Notes under the pieces: generated by a model
Told to the model about the DNA's origin: nothing
Seen by the model: the letters and a program-made list of their open reading frames with translations, nothing else
The model's database searches: none
Assembly (NCBI RefSeq): GCF_009914755.1
Contig: NC_060926.1
Length of the DNA stretch: 64,000 bases
Reading direction: 5' to 3' (one strand)
DNA from: the human T2T-CHM13v2.0 reference genome, Homo sapiens
Program-made: the position numbers and the translations under genes
Shown here: piece by piece, positions 45,175-59,039 of the stretch
How the letters are laid out: every line of letters begins with the position of its first letter
Position numbering within the stretch: the stretch's first letter is position 1

Positions 45175-47154
45175 TTAAGAAATCATAGCTAGGTTTCAGA
45201 TTAAACACTTGGATAAACAAGTATTGTCATATTTAAGTATTGCCATATTTAACATTAGTACTTGGTATCTAAGAAATATTTAGCAAAATTTTAATAGATA
45301 AAGTAAAAAAAAAGCTTTCTTCTTAAGTATGCCATTTAATATATTCTTTTACCAATGACAGCCTTATAAAAGGGTTGCCTGGCTATGCAATCACTCCAAT
45401 TAAAATACCTGGAATCAAACACTACATTAGGGCTTGTTCTTAAATAGGTTTAATTGATTCACTTATTAGCTACACATCGGATGCTATTTTCTCCCTCTCT
45501 AAACTATCTTGTGTCGAGCTTAAATGGCAATCTATTTCATCAGGAACAATGTCATCCCCTGGGCCACAGGTAAAAATAAATATGTCATTGGGATTATGTG
45601 GGTTAGTCTGATCTGTGTATTTACTGAATAAATGCAGAAGCTAAGAAAAGTGCTCTGTACTCCCTGTTCCATTTTCCTGATGAAGATTGGTTTCGAATTT
45701 TTAAAAACAGAAAACACGAGAAAGAGCTGGAGATGGGATTTTAAAAAGTAGATTTCTGTTGGTCTGTGAATAGTACATGTTTTCTCTTTAATCTATTGCT
45801 GTCTTTGGTAACATCTGACTTTTCTCTAAGGAATTAAACATGTTTTAGAAGATACATTGGAAGCAAAACCTCTTTGTAGTGGTCCAGAAAAGTAAGAAAA
45901 TCTAAATTTAATATTCCAGAAAAGTAAATCCTGCAGCACTATGCTGGCATAGCATTTCTGATTTATGTCAATTACCTATTCAGAAAGTTAAATTTAAATG
46001 TTTTTCTTAAGGGACATGCTTTTATGGCTTTAATAATAGTGCTAAGTAATTTTAGATAAAAATAATGTGTTATTCATAAAGGAAAAGCAATACCCTTTTA
46101 CATGTATATTTTGCTCTTTCATTTATAAAGCTCTCTCATATGTGATCTTTATCCAACTCTCATTATAGCCTTGCTAGAGAGAAGGTTTAATGACCATGAT
46201 GTATTGGGTACTGAAGGGTTAAGGAATTTACCCATTGTCATCGATTTATTGAGTGAAATGAACATGTACAGAAATGGGCCTAGACTTCTAATTACCAACT
46301 CCTTTTCACCTCTTTTTGTAATTTAACAGCATGCATTCTTGCATGTGCCAGGTATTATCTTAGTCCTGGGAGGGTCACAGGAGTATAGAGGGCAGGCTAA
46401 TATCAGCTTTCTTGGAGTGTCATTCCAATAAAGGCAAAGACTGACAAAAAACATTCAACAAGCAATTGTGATAATATCAGATAATTATAAGAGAAGAAGA
46501 AAGTGGTAGGGGGATGCTTGGTTAATTTATCTAGAGTAGCTATAGAAGGTATATCAGTCAGGAACCACAAAAATTGAAAATTTCAATTAAAATAGTTTCA
46601 AGCAGAGCAATCATCTCACATAATAAAGTAGGCAGGTAGGAAGTTCCAGGGCTAGTTGACTTGAAATGAAACAATGTCAGGTTCTGTGCAATGGCTGCCA
46701 TAGTCCACAGTTCCAAGCATTGGGTCCTCACTTAACTGTAATAAAATAAGGCACAGGCCTCCCTGTTTCCTTTGTTAAGAGGAAGGAAACATCTTAAATC
46801 ATCTAGCTGTTATGCGCCTGGGTGGTATTCCATGACCAAGTCTAAACTCATCCCTAGCAAGCATGAGATTATCAAAACTGGCTTGGCTTAATAAACAGTC
46901 CTTCTACTGGAACTGTAGAGGGCTCATGCAATACTTAAGTAGCCAATATCTGAACAAAATTGGCATAGAGGTCTCTCAGGGAGTGGTATTTGAGTTGAAG
47001 TTTGAATGAATTGAATCATTCGATGAGAAGTGAGGGAAGAACATGCCAGGCAGCCACACGGCATCCAATATTTATTAAGGACTTTGTATGATCCAGGCAC
47101 TACTTTAAGCACTATCTGTGTTAACTCTTCAACACTGATAGCAATACTACTATG

Positions 47155-47320
47155 AGGCTCACTCACATTAAGGAGAGTAATCTGCTTTACTCAAAGTCTA
47201 CTGAGTTAGATGTTAATCACATTTAAAAATTACCTTCATGGCAACATCTAGACAGGTGTCTGACCAAACATCTGGACAGAATAGTCTAGCCACCTTGAAC
47301 ATAAAATTATAAATTACAGT
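47155..47320 (-). mobile_element. MLT2 (D/E-like) LTR 5' fragment
   Basis: gagtaatctgctttactcaaagtctactga...aatcacat...caacatctagac...ctagcc...cataaaatt. Confidence 0.65.
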
Positions 47321-47399
47321 TGTTAGTTTGTATGACAAAGTGACCTATAAAATGTAAATCTCTCTCTTCAACCCGTTATGTTATCTCTATCCTTCCAGT

Positions 47400-49320
47400 T
47401 GACTCGATAGATCCCACATGAGTAATTCCTCAATCACCAATCCTTCTGACTTTGTATTTTCAGTTCCCACATGTCCTTACTCCCTCAGTACAGCTCAGAT
47501 TCCATGGCTCAGAACTGTAATTGCTCCATCATAAACACCTTTAATTCCCAGTCCTGGTTAATTTGACTACTACTCCCTTCACTTCTGCACTCGAGCCTCT
47601 GAATGTTACTGAATTGTAGTCACACAGCTATACTGATTAAGTCACAGAAATACTCTTCATATTTATGACCACACATTTCAAATGACCACATTTCTCTATC
47701 AAAATCATTCCTCCACTCTCCAAAATGACTATTCCTCATCTCCTTTTCTCTATTAAAAGCTCTCAGAACTAATCATCCTTATTTGCAGTTGCTTATTGCA
47801 AGAAAGAGAAGAGACAAACTCAGATGAAGATTACTTCATTCTCACAAGACCAGCTGAACAAACCACCAGCATCTGGACATACATTTTTGATCTCCTATTA
47901 CAATAAAAGAAGCAAATAAGCTTTGATTTGAGTCCAAACTCTTCATTTATCTCTAATTCCATCCCATCTTACTTTCTAAGATCTCAACTTTTATATTATA
48001 AAACTCCTCTCACTGGATTACTCCCATGAGATGCTAACATCTTTCTGAAAATCTCATTTGCCCTCCAGAAACAATCACATTTCTCTGGTCTTCTTAACAT
48101 CAAAGCCCTCCAAAGTAATGTACTACACATTGTCTTGTCACATTCGCTCCTCAACCCACATCTAGGCTTTTCAATCCTCCCTATCACTGAAATAGCTCTT
48201 ATTAATCTCACAGAAGCTAAATATTTCCAAAGATGATACTCAATTTTCAGTCATCTTTGTTTCACCTCTCAGTAGTTATGACATAATGGATCTCTCCTTT
48301 TTGCAACCTTCTCTTACCTATATTTTAGTACAATTGTCCTAAACTGGTTTTCCTTTTATCCCAGTGTCTTTCTTTCCAACCACCTTTGATATATCTTATT
48401 CCTCTTCTGCTTTTAATATGGGTGTAACACTCAAAGATTTTCTTTACTTCTGCCTTTTCTCTTCTATATTTACACCCTTCCCTAGATGATCTCATTCAGT
48501 CCCAGGGACTAAATTCTTCCTGCTCGAATCTCTTTTTTAAGTTCCATGCTATGACATCCCACTTCCTTCTTTACATTTACACTTTGATGTTTATAAATTC
48601 TTTCTGCCTCAATGTGGCTGAAACAGTGACAATGTCTCCACTGTTCCCCAAATCAGCTTTTCCTTATCCATCCAGTCCTGCTTCCAAAGCTCTTCATTTT
48701 ACACTTCCCCATCTCTCTCATTCAGTTGCTCAAGCTCAAAACATCATTTTCAACTTTCTCTTTCTTGCATACCCCAAACTCAATCCGGCAGTAAGCCTTG
48801 TTGCCACTACTTCCAAAACATGCCTTCAATCTGACAATTTTTCACCGTCTCCCCTACTGCAAGACTAGCCTAAACCTCCAACATACCTTCCTGGACTATT
48901 TGGCTATCCATTTTTTTTCCTGAGAGTCCTTTCCCTCATAGCAGCCACACGAACCTTTCAAAGGACAAATCTGGCCTCCTTGCTCTTGATTTCAACTCCA
49001 CAATAACTGCTCACAGCACTTGAAATATAATCCAAACTGTCCCAGCTAGCAACTTCTTGATATTTCTGTCCCCTGCCTGACTCTCTCATATCATTACTTT
49101 CACTTTTTCTCTTCTGTTCACTATACATTATTCTACTTTATCTTCTTTATAGCACTTTTTTGTTCTCTCAAGTTGTCTCAACTATTTATTGGTTTACATG
49201 TTGGCTGTCTATAAATCCCCACTTGACTATAAATTCTACAGCATATTTCTTTTTGTTCACTTTTGTGCCCCATCAACTTGTGCTAGTGACTGGCACTTTT
49301 CGATAAATATGTGTTTGCTG
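47400..49320 (+). mobile_element. Long L2 fragment
   Basis: Pyrimidine-rich L2 ORF/3' region (actgaaatagctctt, gatgatctcattcagtccc, tcagttgctcaagctcaaaac, ttgttcacttttgtgccc). Confidence 0.7.
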
Positions 49321-49859
49321 TTTTCTCAGCTTCAATTGAAGTACCAGTAAAAGAACTATATTACTTTCCTCTGAATTCTACTATAAGAAGACAACAGCTC
49401 TTCATTACAACAAATTAAAATTGACACCCAACCTTACTACAAGTACATGAGAAAAGTCTGTGAAAATTGGGATAGCACATGTCTTATGCAAAGGAGGTAG
49501 CTGCTATTAATCTCTGCCCAACAGTTACTATGAAGGAAGGTGAGTCCAATGTCACAGTACATTCCATTTTATTTTATTCTTTTTTTGAAATTCTGAATTC
49601 TAATTTTTCAGTGATATCCCCAGATTTTAAAATATTCATAATTTACTCCATTGCTTGTTTGTAAGCCTTTAACCCAGTATAAAGCCCAAATAGGAACAAT
49701 TTGCAGAATGGTTTCAATCTGTGGACTCTCATTTTTCAGCCTTGACTGTGGAATAATTTTATAAACAAGGAGGAAAAAATCTGAAGAAACTTAGTTGAGC
49801 ACCATGGCATGGAGATGAGGATGGTGGAGTCTGTAGGCAACTCAAAGAAGCTTTACCAT

Positions 49860-50236
49860 TGTCTCAGCACATTTGGGCTCCTATAACAAAGTACCACAAA
49901 CTTAGGGGCTTATAAATAACATAAATTTATTCCTCACAGTTCTGGAGGCCGAACATCTGAGGTCAGGGGTGCCAGCACTATTGGTTTCTGGTGAGGGTCC
50001 TCTTCTGGGTTACAAAATACTGTTATCTTATTATATGCTCATACATCCTCACATGGTAGAAATAGGCAGAGAGCTCTCTGGGGTCCCTTTTATTAAGGCA
50101 CTAATCCCATTCATGAGGGCTCCATCCTTCTGACCTAATCACCTCCCAAAGGCCCAACTTCCTAATACTATCACATTGAGGGTAAGGATTTCAACATAAG
50201 AATTTAGGGTAAACAGAAACATTTAACCAATTGCAA
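49860..50236 (-). mobile_element. MLT1A-type solo LTR
   Basis: tgtctcagcacatttgggctcctataacaaagtaccacaaac...taatcccattcatgagggctcc...aacatttaaccaattgca. Confidence 0.88.
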
Positions 50237-51024
50237 CTCATTTCAGAGTTTTCTTCTAAATAGGGTCTGACTAAGGACTTTGGAGTTGGGCTAGTTTATA
50301 TTCTGAAGCTACAACCTTCACAGACAACTTTCAGGAAGTCATAGACATTTTGTCTTCCTGCAGGACACTGGTTTCTGGGTTTTGTGAAAGCAAAACAACC
50401 ACAGAAAAATAATAGGATGGTAAAATGGCCAGAGGTTTCCACTTGTACAGGAGTGGAGGTGGGGGCAACCTGCATAGAAATTAAAATTTCTCACGTAGAG
50501 TTTGGGGGAATCTGGAAATATTTAATTCAGGCCCTAGATTCTGTGGTCCTAGAAATTTATCTTAAGAATTTTTTTAAATCACATTTATAAAGAACAGTAT
50601 ACAGGCATACCTTTATTTTATCACAATTCGCCAATATTGCATTTTTTACAAATTGCACGTTTGTTGCAGCCCCGCATCAAGCAAATCTATTGGCACATTT
50701 TTTTTCCAACCGCCTGTACTCGCTTCATGTCTTTGTGTCACATTTTGGTAACTCTTGAAATATGTTAATTTATTATTATTATTATATCTGCTATGCTGAT
50801 CTGTGGTCAGTAATCTTTGATGGTACTATTGTAATTTATTTGAGGTGCCAGAAACCATGCCTATATAAGAAAGAAAACTTAATTCTATAAATTACACATT
50901 TATGTTGTGTGTGTTCTGTCTGCTCCACTGACTGGCTGTTCATCAAACTGTCTCTATCTCTCCTGGGGCCCCCTATTCCCTGAGAAACAGAAGTATTAAA
51001 ATTAGGCCATTTAATAACTCAATA

Positions 51025-53075
51025 ATGGTCTTTGAGTGTTCAGGTGAAAGGAAGAGTCACATGTCTTTCACTTTAAGCCAAAAGGTGCATGTAATTAAGC
51101 TTAGTGAGGAAAGCATGTCAAAAGTAGAAATAAGCCAAAAGCTAGGCTTCTTGTGCCAGTTAGTGAGGTTGTGAATGCAGAGGAAAATTTCCTGAAGAAA
51201 ATTTAAAGTGCTAACCCAGTGAACACACAAATGATAAGAAAGCAAAACAGCCTTATTGCTGATATGGAGAAAGTTTCAGCAGTCTGGAATGAAGATCAAA
51301 CCAACCATAAAATTCTGTTAAGTCAAAGCCTAATCCAGAGCAAGACCCTAACGTTCTTCAATTATATGAAGACTGAGAGAGGTAGGAAGGTGCAGAAGAA
51401 AAGTGGGAAGCCAACAGAGGTTGGTTCATGAGGTTTAAGGAAAACTTTATTCTTAATATTAAAGTGCAAGATGAAGCAGCAAGAGCTGATGGAGAAAGCT
51501 GTAGCAAGTTTTCCAGAAAATCTTGCTAAGATGATAGAGAAAAGTGATTATATTAAACAACACATTTTCAATATAGATAAAACAGCCTTTGAATAGAAGG
51601 TGTTTATCTAAAACTTCCATAGATAGAGAGGAGGAGTCAATGCCTGGTTTCAAACCTTCAAAGAAAAGGCTGATCCTCTTTTTGGGGCTTAGTGCAGCTA
51701 GTGACTTTAAGCTGAAGTCAGTGTTCACTTACCATTCTGAAAATTCGATGGCCTTTAAGAGTTATGCTAAAACAACTCTTCCTGTGCTCTATAGATGGAA
51801 GAACCAAGCCTGGACAACAGCACATCTACTTGCAGCATGGTTGACTGAATATTTTAAGCCTGATGTTTTAAGCTCAGAAAAAATGATTGCTTTCAAAATA
51901 TTACTGCTGATTGACAATGCACCTGTTTTACTCAAGAGGTCTGAGGGAGATGTGTAAGATTAATGTTGTTTTCATGCCTGCTAACACAACATCCATTCAG
52001 CAGCCCATGGGTCAATGAGTCATTTTAACTTTCAAGTCTAATTTAAGAAATATATTTTGTAAGGCTATAGCTGCCATAGGTAATGATACCTCTAATGATT
52101 CTGGGAGAAGTAAACTGAAAATCTTCTGGAAAGAATTATCCATTCTAGATGTCATTAAGAACATTCATGATTCATAGGAGGAGGTCAAAATATCAACTTT
52201 TTCTCAAACAGAAGTTTGGAAAAAAGTTGATTCCAAACCTCATGAATGACTTCGAGGGGTTCAAGACTCACTTGAAGAAGTAACTGCCTATGTGTAAACA
52301 TAGCAAAATAAATAGAATTAGAAGTTCAGCTGCAAGAAGTGACAAAATTATTGCAATTTCATGATGAAATTTGAATGCATGAGAAGTTGCTTTTTGTGAA
52401 TAAGCAGACAGTGCTTTTTTGAAATGGAACCTACTCGTGGTAAAGATGCTGTAAACATTGTTGAAAGGACACCAGGATTTAGAATATTATATAAACTTAG
52501 TTGATAAAGCAGCAGCAAGTTTTGAGGGGATTGACTTCATTTACAAAAGACATTCTACTATGGGTAAAATACTATAAAACAGCATCACAAGCTACAGAGA
52601 AATCTTTTGTAAAAGGAAGAGTCAATCAATGCAGCAAACTTTGCTGACCAGGAGTGGTGGTGCATGCTTGTAATTCCAGCACTTAGGGAGGCTGAGGCAG
52701 GAGGATCAGTTGAGCCGAGGGGAAAGAGGCCAACCTGGGCAACATAGCGAGATACTGTCTCTACAAAAACTAAAAGATTAGTCAATGTGGTGGTGTGTGC
52801 CTGAGGTCCCAGCTACTCGAGAGGCTGAGGCAGGAGGATTCCTTGAGCCCAGGATGTCAAGGCTGCAATGAGCCGTGTTTACTCTGGCCTGGGTAAAAGA
52901 TCAAGATCCTATTAAAAAAAAAAAAAGAAAGAAAAAAAAGAAAAAAAAAGAAAAGAGAAACTGCCACAGCCAGCTCAACCTTTAGCAGCCACCTCCCTGC
53001 TCAGTCAGCAGCCAAAAACATCAAGGCAAGATCCTCCCCCAGCAAAAACATTATGATTCTCTGAAGGCTCAGATG
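51025..53075 (+). pseudogene. Disrupted Tigger1 (pogo/CENP-B-like DDE) transposase
   Basis: Start atggtctttgagtgttcaggtgaaaggaagagtc; fragments [18 protein letters not shown] (51219-51431) and REEESMPGFKPSK..KILLLIDNAP (51589-51957); multiple stops and frameshifts; 3' end approximate. Confidence 0.85.
52645..52958 (+). mobile_element. AluJ inside Tigger1
   Basis: gaccaggagtggtggtgcatgcttgtaattccagc...cttgagcccaggatgtcaaggctgcaatgagc; long A/GA tail. Confidence 0.92.
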
Positions 53076-53153
53076 AACAAGAGGACTTTTTAGTAATGAA
53101 GTATTTTTAAGAGCATTTTTTAGTAATAAAATATTTTTAATTATGTACTTTGA

Positions 53154-53479
<326 letters not shown>

Positions 53480-53763
53480 TTAATAATCAACGGTATAGTG
53501 TAAACATAAGTTTTAAATGCTCTTGAAACCAAAAAAAAACTTGTGTGATACACTTTATTGTGATATTCTCTTAATCGTATAGTCTAGAAACCCACAATAA
53601 CTCCAAGCTATATCTGTACATTTCTTCATTAATATATCTTAAAAAGGTGAAATCGTTTCAATTCATTCAATTTAAATAAGCTAACATTCTCTGGCATCTT
53701 CCTATGGTCCTATACACAGTGGTTGATATTGTAAAAAATGCTAAAATAAATAGTATCTAGAAT

Positions 53764-54580
53764 TTTTTATAGCCAAATCATATTTCATTGTATGAACATA
53801 TGTTATTTTCTTTATCTATTTATCTGTCAATGGAAACTTGAATTGTTTCTCTATCTTTTTGTTGTTAATAATGCTGCAATAAACATGAAAGTGCAGATAC
53901 CACTTTGAGATCCTGATTTCATTCTTTTGAATATATACTCAGAAATGGCTCTGCTGAATCATATAATAGTTCTATTTTTAATTATATGAGGTTGGCCATA
54001 TTGATTGATTTCTAACCTGCACCATTTAACATTCCTGCCAACAGTGAACAGAAATTCTAATTTCTTCATATCCTTGCCAACACTTATTATCTTTTTATTT
54101 TTGACAATAGCCATCATAACAGATGTGAACCTGGAGAACATTATGCTAAGTGAAATAAACCAGTCACATGGCAAAAACTTCATGATTCTGCTGATGTAAA
54201 GTCAAACTCATAGAAGTAGAGAATGGAATGATGGTTTCCGGGGAGGACGAAGGAGAAATGGGGAGCTGTTAAATGTGTATAAAGTTTCAGTTATGCAAGG
54301 TGAATAAGTTCTAGAGATCTTCCACACAACATAATACCTATAGTTAAAAACATGGTATTGTGCCCTTAAAATTTGTTAAGAGGGGAGGTCTTATATTAAG
54401 TGTTCTTACTACAAAAAACAAAATAAGGAGACACAGGGAAACTTTTAGGGATGATGGACATTTTTATTACCTTGATTATAATGATGGTATCATGGATATG
54501 TTCAAACTCATTAAATTATATACATTAAACATACACAGTTTTTTTGTATAGCTATTAAACATCAATAAAGCTGTTAAAAA
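53764..54580 (+). mobile_element. L1MB-type 3' end with an inverted 5' part (minus 53764-54120, plus 54121-54580)
   Basis: Antisense ORF2 end (gacaatagccatcataacagatgtga) joined to sense gaacctggagaacattatgctaagtgaaataa...aataaagctgttaaaaa. Confidence 0.8.
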
Positions 54581-56263
54581 CAGTGTATATTTGTTTGCCT
54601 TTAATTAGAAAAACATATTCTTTGCACTTCTTCTTTGAAGCCCTTCCTAAACACCCCAGTCATAGGAAACGCCCCCTCCTCTTCAGATTCCCTTTAGAGG
54701 AGAGTCTGACTGAATCACTGGCAAGCAGCAAAGCCGCCTATACAGTGTTAAGCAATTGATTATGTCCATTTTGTGTTACTATTACCTTAGCTGTAAGCTT
54801 CTGTTCGGGAAGAATTGAGTTTCAAACTTCTCTTTTTCACTTCAGTGCCTAACACAGGGCATGGACCACAGGTTTTCTCAATTAACCCATATTGGCCCTT
54901 GGGCCAGCTTAAAATGTTTTTGCCAGTTAAGGGCACTTGCTACTTGGACTTGCTACTTAAAAGGTAATAAATGAACAACTGGTTGAGCTTCATTTTTTTG
55001 TCATTATTCCTTCTAAAGCAGAAAGAAGAAACTCCACAACCCTTCTCAGAAAAGTCTATTTTAGCCTGGGTGTTTGTTTCCAGAATTTCAACAAAAGTTG
55101 TACCTTCTAAGGGGTAAACCCTATAGCAAATGGCAGTTGATTCCCCAGTCTGGAAGTGTGGGGGAGTCATGGCTTTTATTAAGGCTGTGAGATTTAAGAG
55201 AACCACAGTGATATGCACCCACCTCATTCTAATTTTGAACACTGATAATGAACTCCACCATTAGGAGAACTAAACTACTTTCAAAATTCATTGAGTCCAC
55301 ATTTCTTGCTAGGTGAAAATGGCAGGACATGCCTCAGAGCTGACAAGAATCACCCTTTTATTCAGAGCAGGCAGAAAGAAAAATATAATGAAATGGCATA
55401 TTTGGAGCTTGGTATGAACCCCACTCACACTGAGTTTTAGCCAATGAAATACTGTGAATTATCAACGTTCATAACATATTTAACACCCCATTAGGCAAAT
55501 AAATCTCTTTAAACCCAATTATATCAAAGGATGTAGAGAAATTATATGACTCAGAATCTTAAAAGCTGAGGAAAACAGGCTCAGTCAGAAGTCAGTCTCA
55601 CCCGGACCATTTGCAGGGAGAAATATTGGTCTCCTCTCCAGAGTCTATTTCAGGTAACCCCCCTGCCCCTGTGATGTGTGCTTGGTCAGTGTCCCTGCTG
55701 CTGGTACTCCTGAAGAATGAGTGAAATGAGAGTAGATAGACCTTGAACCAGTGAAAAAGGAGGCGTGCTAACTCTTCAAGTCTCAACAGGAAAGAAGGGC
55801 CAGAAATCTCAGATGGCCTCAGCAGAATGGAGTTTTAATCTTGTTGCAAAGGAAGGAAAGGAGACTTAAGCCCCTAGCTTGTTCCGTGCATCCCATAGGT
55901 GGCTTCCTACATTATCACATTTGATTCTATTCTCCTAACTACCCTATGACATAATCTATTAACTTCATTTTATAGATAAGTAAGCCATGGCTCTGAGAGG
56001 TTGAATAAATAGCTGAAGCTGTTAAGTAACAATATTGTAACCAGAAATTATTCCAGAGTTCATTCTCTTTTCATGACACTGTATGTATGACTTCCACACA
56101 GAAATTAATAAACTGTGTAGCCTTGGTAAAATTCCTTCATTTATCTGGCTCTCTATAAAAACGAAGGAGTTGGAATAATATCCTGGCAGCTCTTAAATGT
56201 CTGTGGCTCTAGAGGGGAGTTATTTTTCTATTTGGCACATCATGGGCCAACCCTGTCAAGAAC

Positions 56264-56700
56264 TGTGAAGCATCTGAGATTTTACCCTGCTTGAAAGCCA
56301 ACAAGTGAGTCTACCACAGTTTCCTAGATATTGGCGGAAAACATGAGACTCCTGGGTAAGAGATAAAGAACTTTTATTGCTCACTGCACAGCAGGCAGCA
56401 CAAGCTTCACGTTTGCATCAGTTCTCCTTGCTCCCCAAGTTTCAAGGAGCTGATTTGAATGGAACCAACTGAGTGCTGCACAGAGTAGGTTTGCATCACT
56501 GCTGAGGAACCCTTACCTTGGGAAACCACAGTCTTATGAGGGACTGCTAGCAAACATCCCCTTATTTTGCTGATAAGGAAACAGACCTGCCCTTTGTCTT
56601 AGGGAGACACCACCACTGTCTTCAAGAAATTCTTGAAACAATAGTGTGGAACAAAACAGATACTAGCTATATAGAAACATGGAGATCCATCTCTCAAAAA
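56264..56700 (-). mobile_element. LTR40-like ERVL solo LTR
   Basis: tgtgaagcatctgagattttaccctgcttg at the left; acagacctgccctttgtcttagggagacac; ends near catggagatccatctctc. Confidence 0.65.
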
Positions 56701-56799
56701 TCTGTGTACTCAAAAAAAAAATCTGTGTACTGTATATGGTGAAATGCTGTGGCCAGCACCTTCTTTGGTCCAGTTCAATACCAGTTGAGCAAAACTAAG

Positions 56800-57400
56800 A
56801 GCTTGCTCTGTGCCAAGCAGTGAATTGAACATTGTTGGTAAAAGTAAATAAATAACACACCCTACAATGGGAGAGATAAGTGAGCAAGGACAAAATTGTC
56901 CTACTTATAAGAAGGACTGGGATTGTGTAGCACAGGTTAATAAATGAGCAGAGAAGAGGTATATTTAATATAGTCAATGAGGTAAAAAAAAAAACTGACA
57001 GTTGAGCTGTCTTTAGAATTTGTAAGAATTTGGGGATGTGGGGAGATGGATTTCTAGGCAGAGGCAATAGCTTGAGTATACGGTGCTGAAGGATGTTCAT
57101 GTAAACCTAAGAGGTTTTGCTAAAATGTCAAGTACAAGACAGAGAACGAGGATGGATGCTGTTGGCTAAGTCAGAAGGGAATCTGACAATGAAGACTCTT
57201 GCACAAAAGAATGCTTAGATTTTTTATCCTGAAGAGAAAAGGAGCCCATGGGGGATTTTAGGCAGCTGAAAGTTCCTCTGGATGCTGTAGAATGAATGGA
57301 TTGCAGAGGATGATACTGAAGACAAGATCAGCCAGGAGGCTGTTGATTTTCTCCAAGAAAGAAATGAACTAGATGGTAGCAATTGGGACCAAAAAAATAA
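56800..57400 (-). mobile_element. L2 fragment
   Basis: ctctgtgccaagcagtg; ggatttctaggcagaggcaatagc; agatttttatcctgaa...agcccatggggatttta. Confidence 0.55.
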
Positions 57401-57554
57401 TAATAATAAATAAAAAACGACAAATGACCCAGTGTCCTAGACCTTTGGTAAATGTGCTCTGTTTAGGGAGATGGAACCAGTGACTTATTAGGAAACAATG
57501 GTGGAATGACAGTTATCAGTAGAATTTGGAAAATGTTTATATTACTTTTAAATA

Positions 57555-57825
57555 TCTACTGGTGGTTAAGCATAGAGGATACAGATTCTGGGTTTGGAAA
57601 GACTTCAATCAAAACTCTGCTACTTAATTGCTCTGTGAATGTGAAACAGTTACCTTCTCCAACCCACAATTCTCTTATATGTAAAATGGGGAAAATAGCA
57701 ACACCTATCATATAAAGCTGTTGTGAAGATTAAATGAAGGGGAAAAAAAGAGAAAAACATGTAAATACTTGGCATAGTATCTGACACATAGTAAATACTT
57801 AAAAGTCATTAGATGTTATTATTGT
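57555..57825 (+). mobile_element. MIR
   Basis: ggtggttaagcatagag...ctctgctacttaattgctctgtga...atgtaaaatgggga...gttgtgaagattaaatga...gcatagtatctgacacatagtaa. Confidence 0.8.
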
Positions 57826-57966
57826 GAGCCAGAAAACTCCCATTAATGCTACACCCTGAAATCCAAACAGCAGCAGGAGGGCATTTATATGTACACCACC
57901 CATGACTAGTAGTATTGCTTAGTAAATTCATCAAGTAAGCTGTTACTGGCACCAACGACCATTTTT

Positions 57967-58792
57967 AAATTTTATTTATTTATTTATTTTCTTTCCAACT
58001 TTTATTTTAGATTCAGGGAGTACATGTGCAGGTTTGTTACATGGTAAATTCCATGTCCTTGGAGTTTGGTGTACAGATTATTTTGTCACTCAGGTAGCAG
58101 ACATAGTACCCCATAGGTAGTTTTTGGATCCTCACCCTCCTCCCACCCTCCACCTTCAAGTAGACCCCAGTGTTTATTGTACTTCTTTCTGTCTGGGTGT
58201 ACTCAATATTTAGCTCTCACTTATGAGAACATAGAGTATTTGGCTTTCTGTTCCTGCATCAATTTACTTAGGATAAATACCTCTAGCCCCATCTATGATG
58301 TTGCAAAGGATGTGATCATATTCTTTTATTCTTTTTTATGGCTGCATAATATTCCATGATGTATATGTACTATATTTTCTTTATCCAACCTACCATTAAT
58401 GAGCACCTAGGTTTATTCCATGTCTTTGTTACTGTGAATAGTGCTGCGATGAACATATGAGTGCATGCCTCTTTGCAGTGAATTATTTGTTTTTCTTTGT
58501 GTATATACCCAATAACAGAATTGCTGGGTGGAATGATCATTCTGTTTTAAATTCTTTGAGAAATCTCCAAATTGCTTTCCGCAGTGGCTTAACTAATTTA
58601 CATTTCCACCAGCAGTGTATAAGCATTCCCTTTTGTCTACAACCTTGCCAGCATCTGTTATTTTTTGATTTTTTAATAATTGCCATTCTGACTGGTATGA
58701 GATGGTATCTCATTGTGGTTTTGATTTGCACTTCTCTAATGATTAGTGATGATAAGCATTTTTTCATATGGTTGTTGGTTACATGCATGCAG
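57967..58792 (-). mobile_element. 5'-truncated L1 (L1PA15/16-like) 3' end
   Basis: ccaacttttattttagattcagggagtacatgtgcagg 3' UTR; ORF2 C-terminus MRYHLIPVRMAIIKKSKNNRCW (58537-58830); TSD gaccattttt (57957-57966 / 58793-58802). Confidence 0.9.
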
Positions 58793-59024
58793 GACCATTT
58801 TTTAGTGCATTCACATGCTATCCTATTCAATCACTAAAGCAGATCCCCCGAAGACACTGACTACACTAGTTCCAGCTACTTCGTGTTAAAAGTAACAAAA
58901 CTTTATTTGTATAAAAATAGAAAAACATTTCTATTTTCAGGAATTATAACCAGCCTTTTCCCCAATTAGTGTGAATTAGAAAAGCATAAAGACTTACTGA
59001 AGTTCAAGTTTTCTTCAAAAGAAT

Positions 59025-59039
59025 AGAACAAATTGTTCT
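59025..59039. promoter_or_regulatory. Perfect palindromic 3-ketosteroid receptor element (ARE/GRE/PRE consensus); motif only, function untested
   Basis: AGAACA aat TGTTCT in apparently non-repeat sequence. Confidence 0.45.

Noticed and set aside
51219-51957. TIGD1-like domesticated transposase gene
   Set aside because: The ORF is broken by stops, frameshifts and an Alu; it is an ordinary Tigger1 copy
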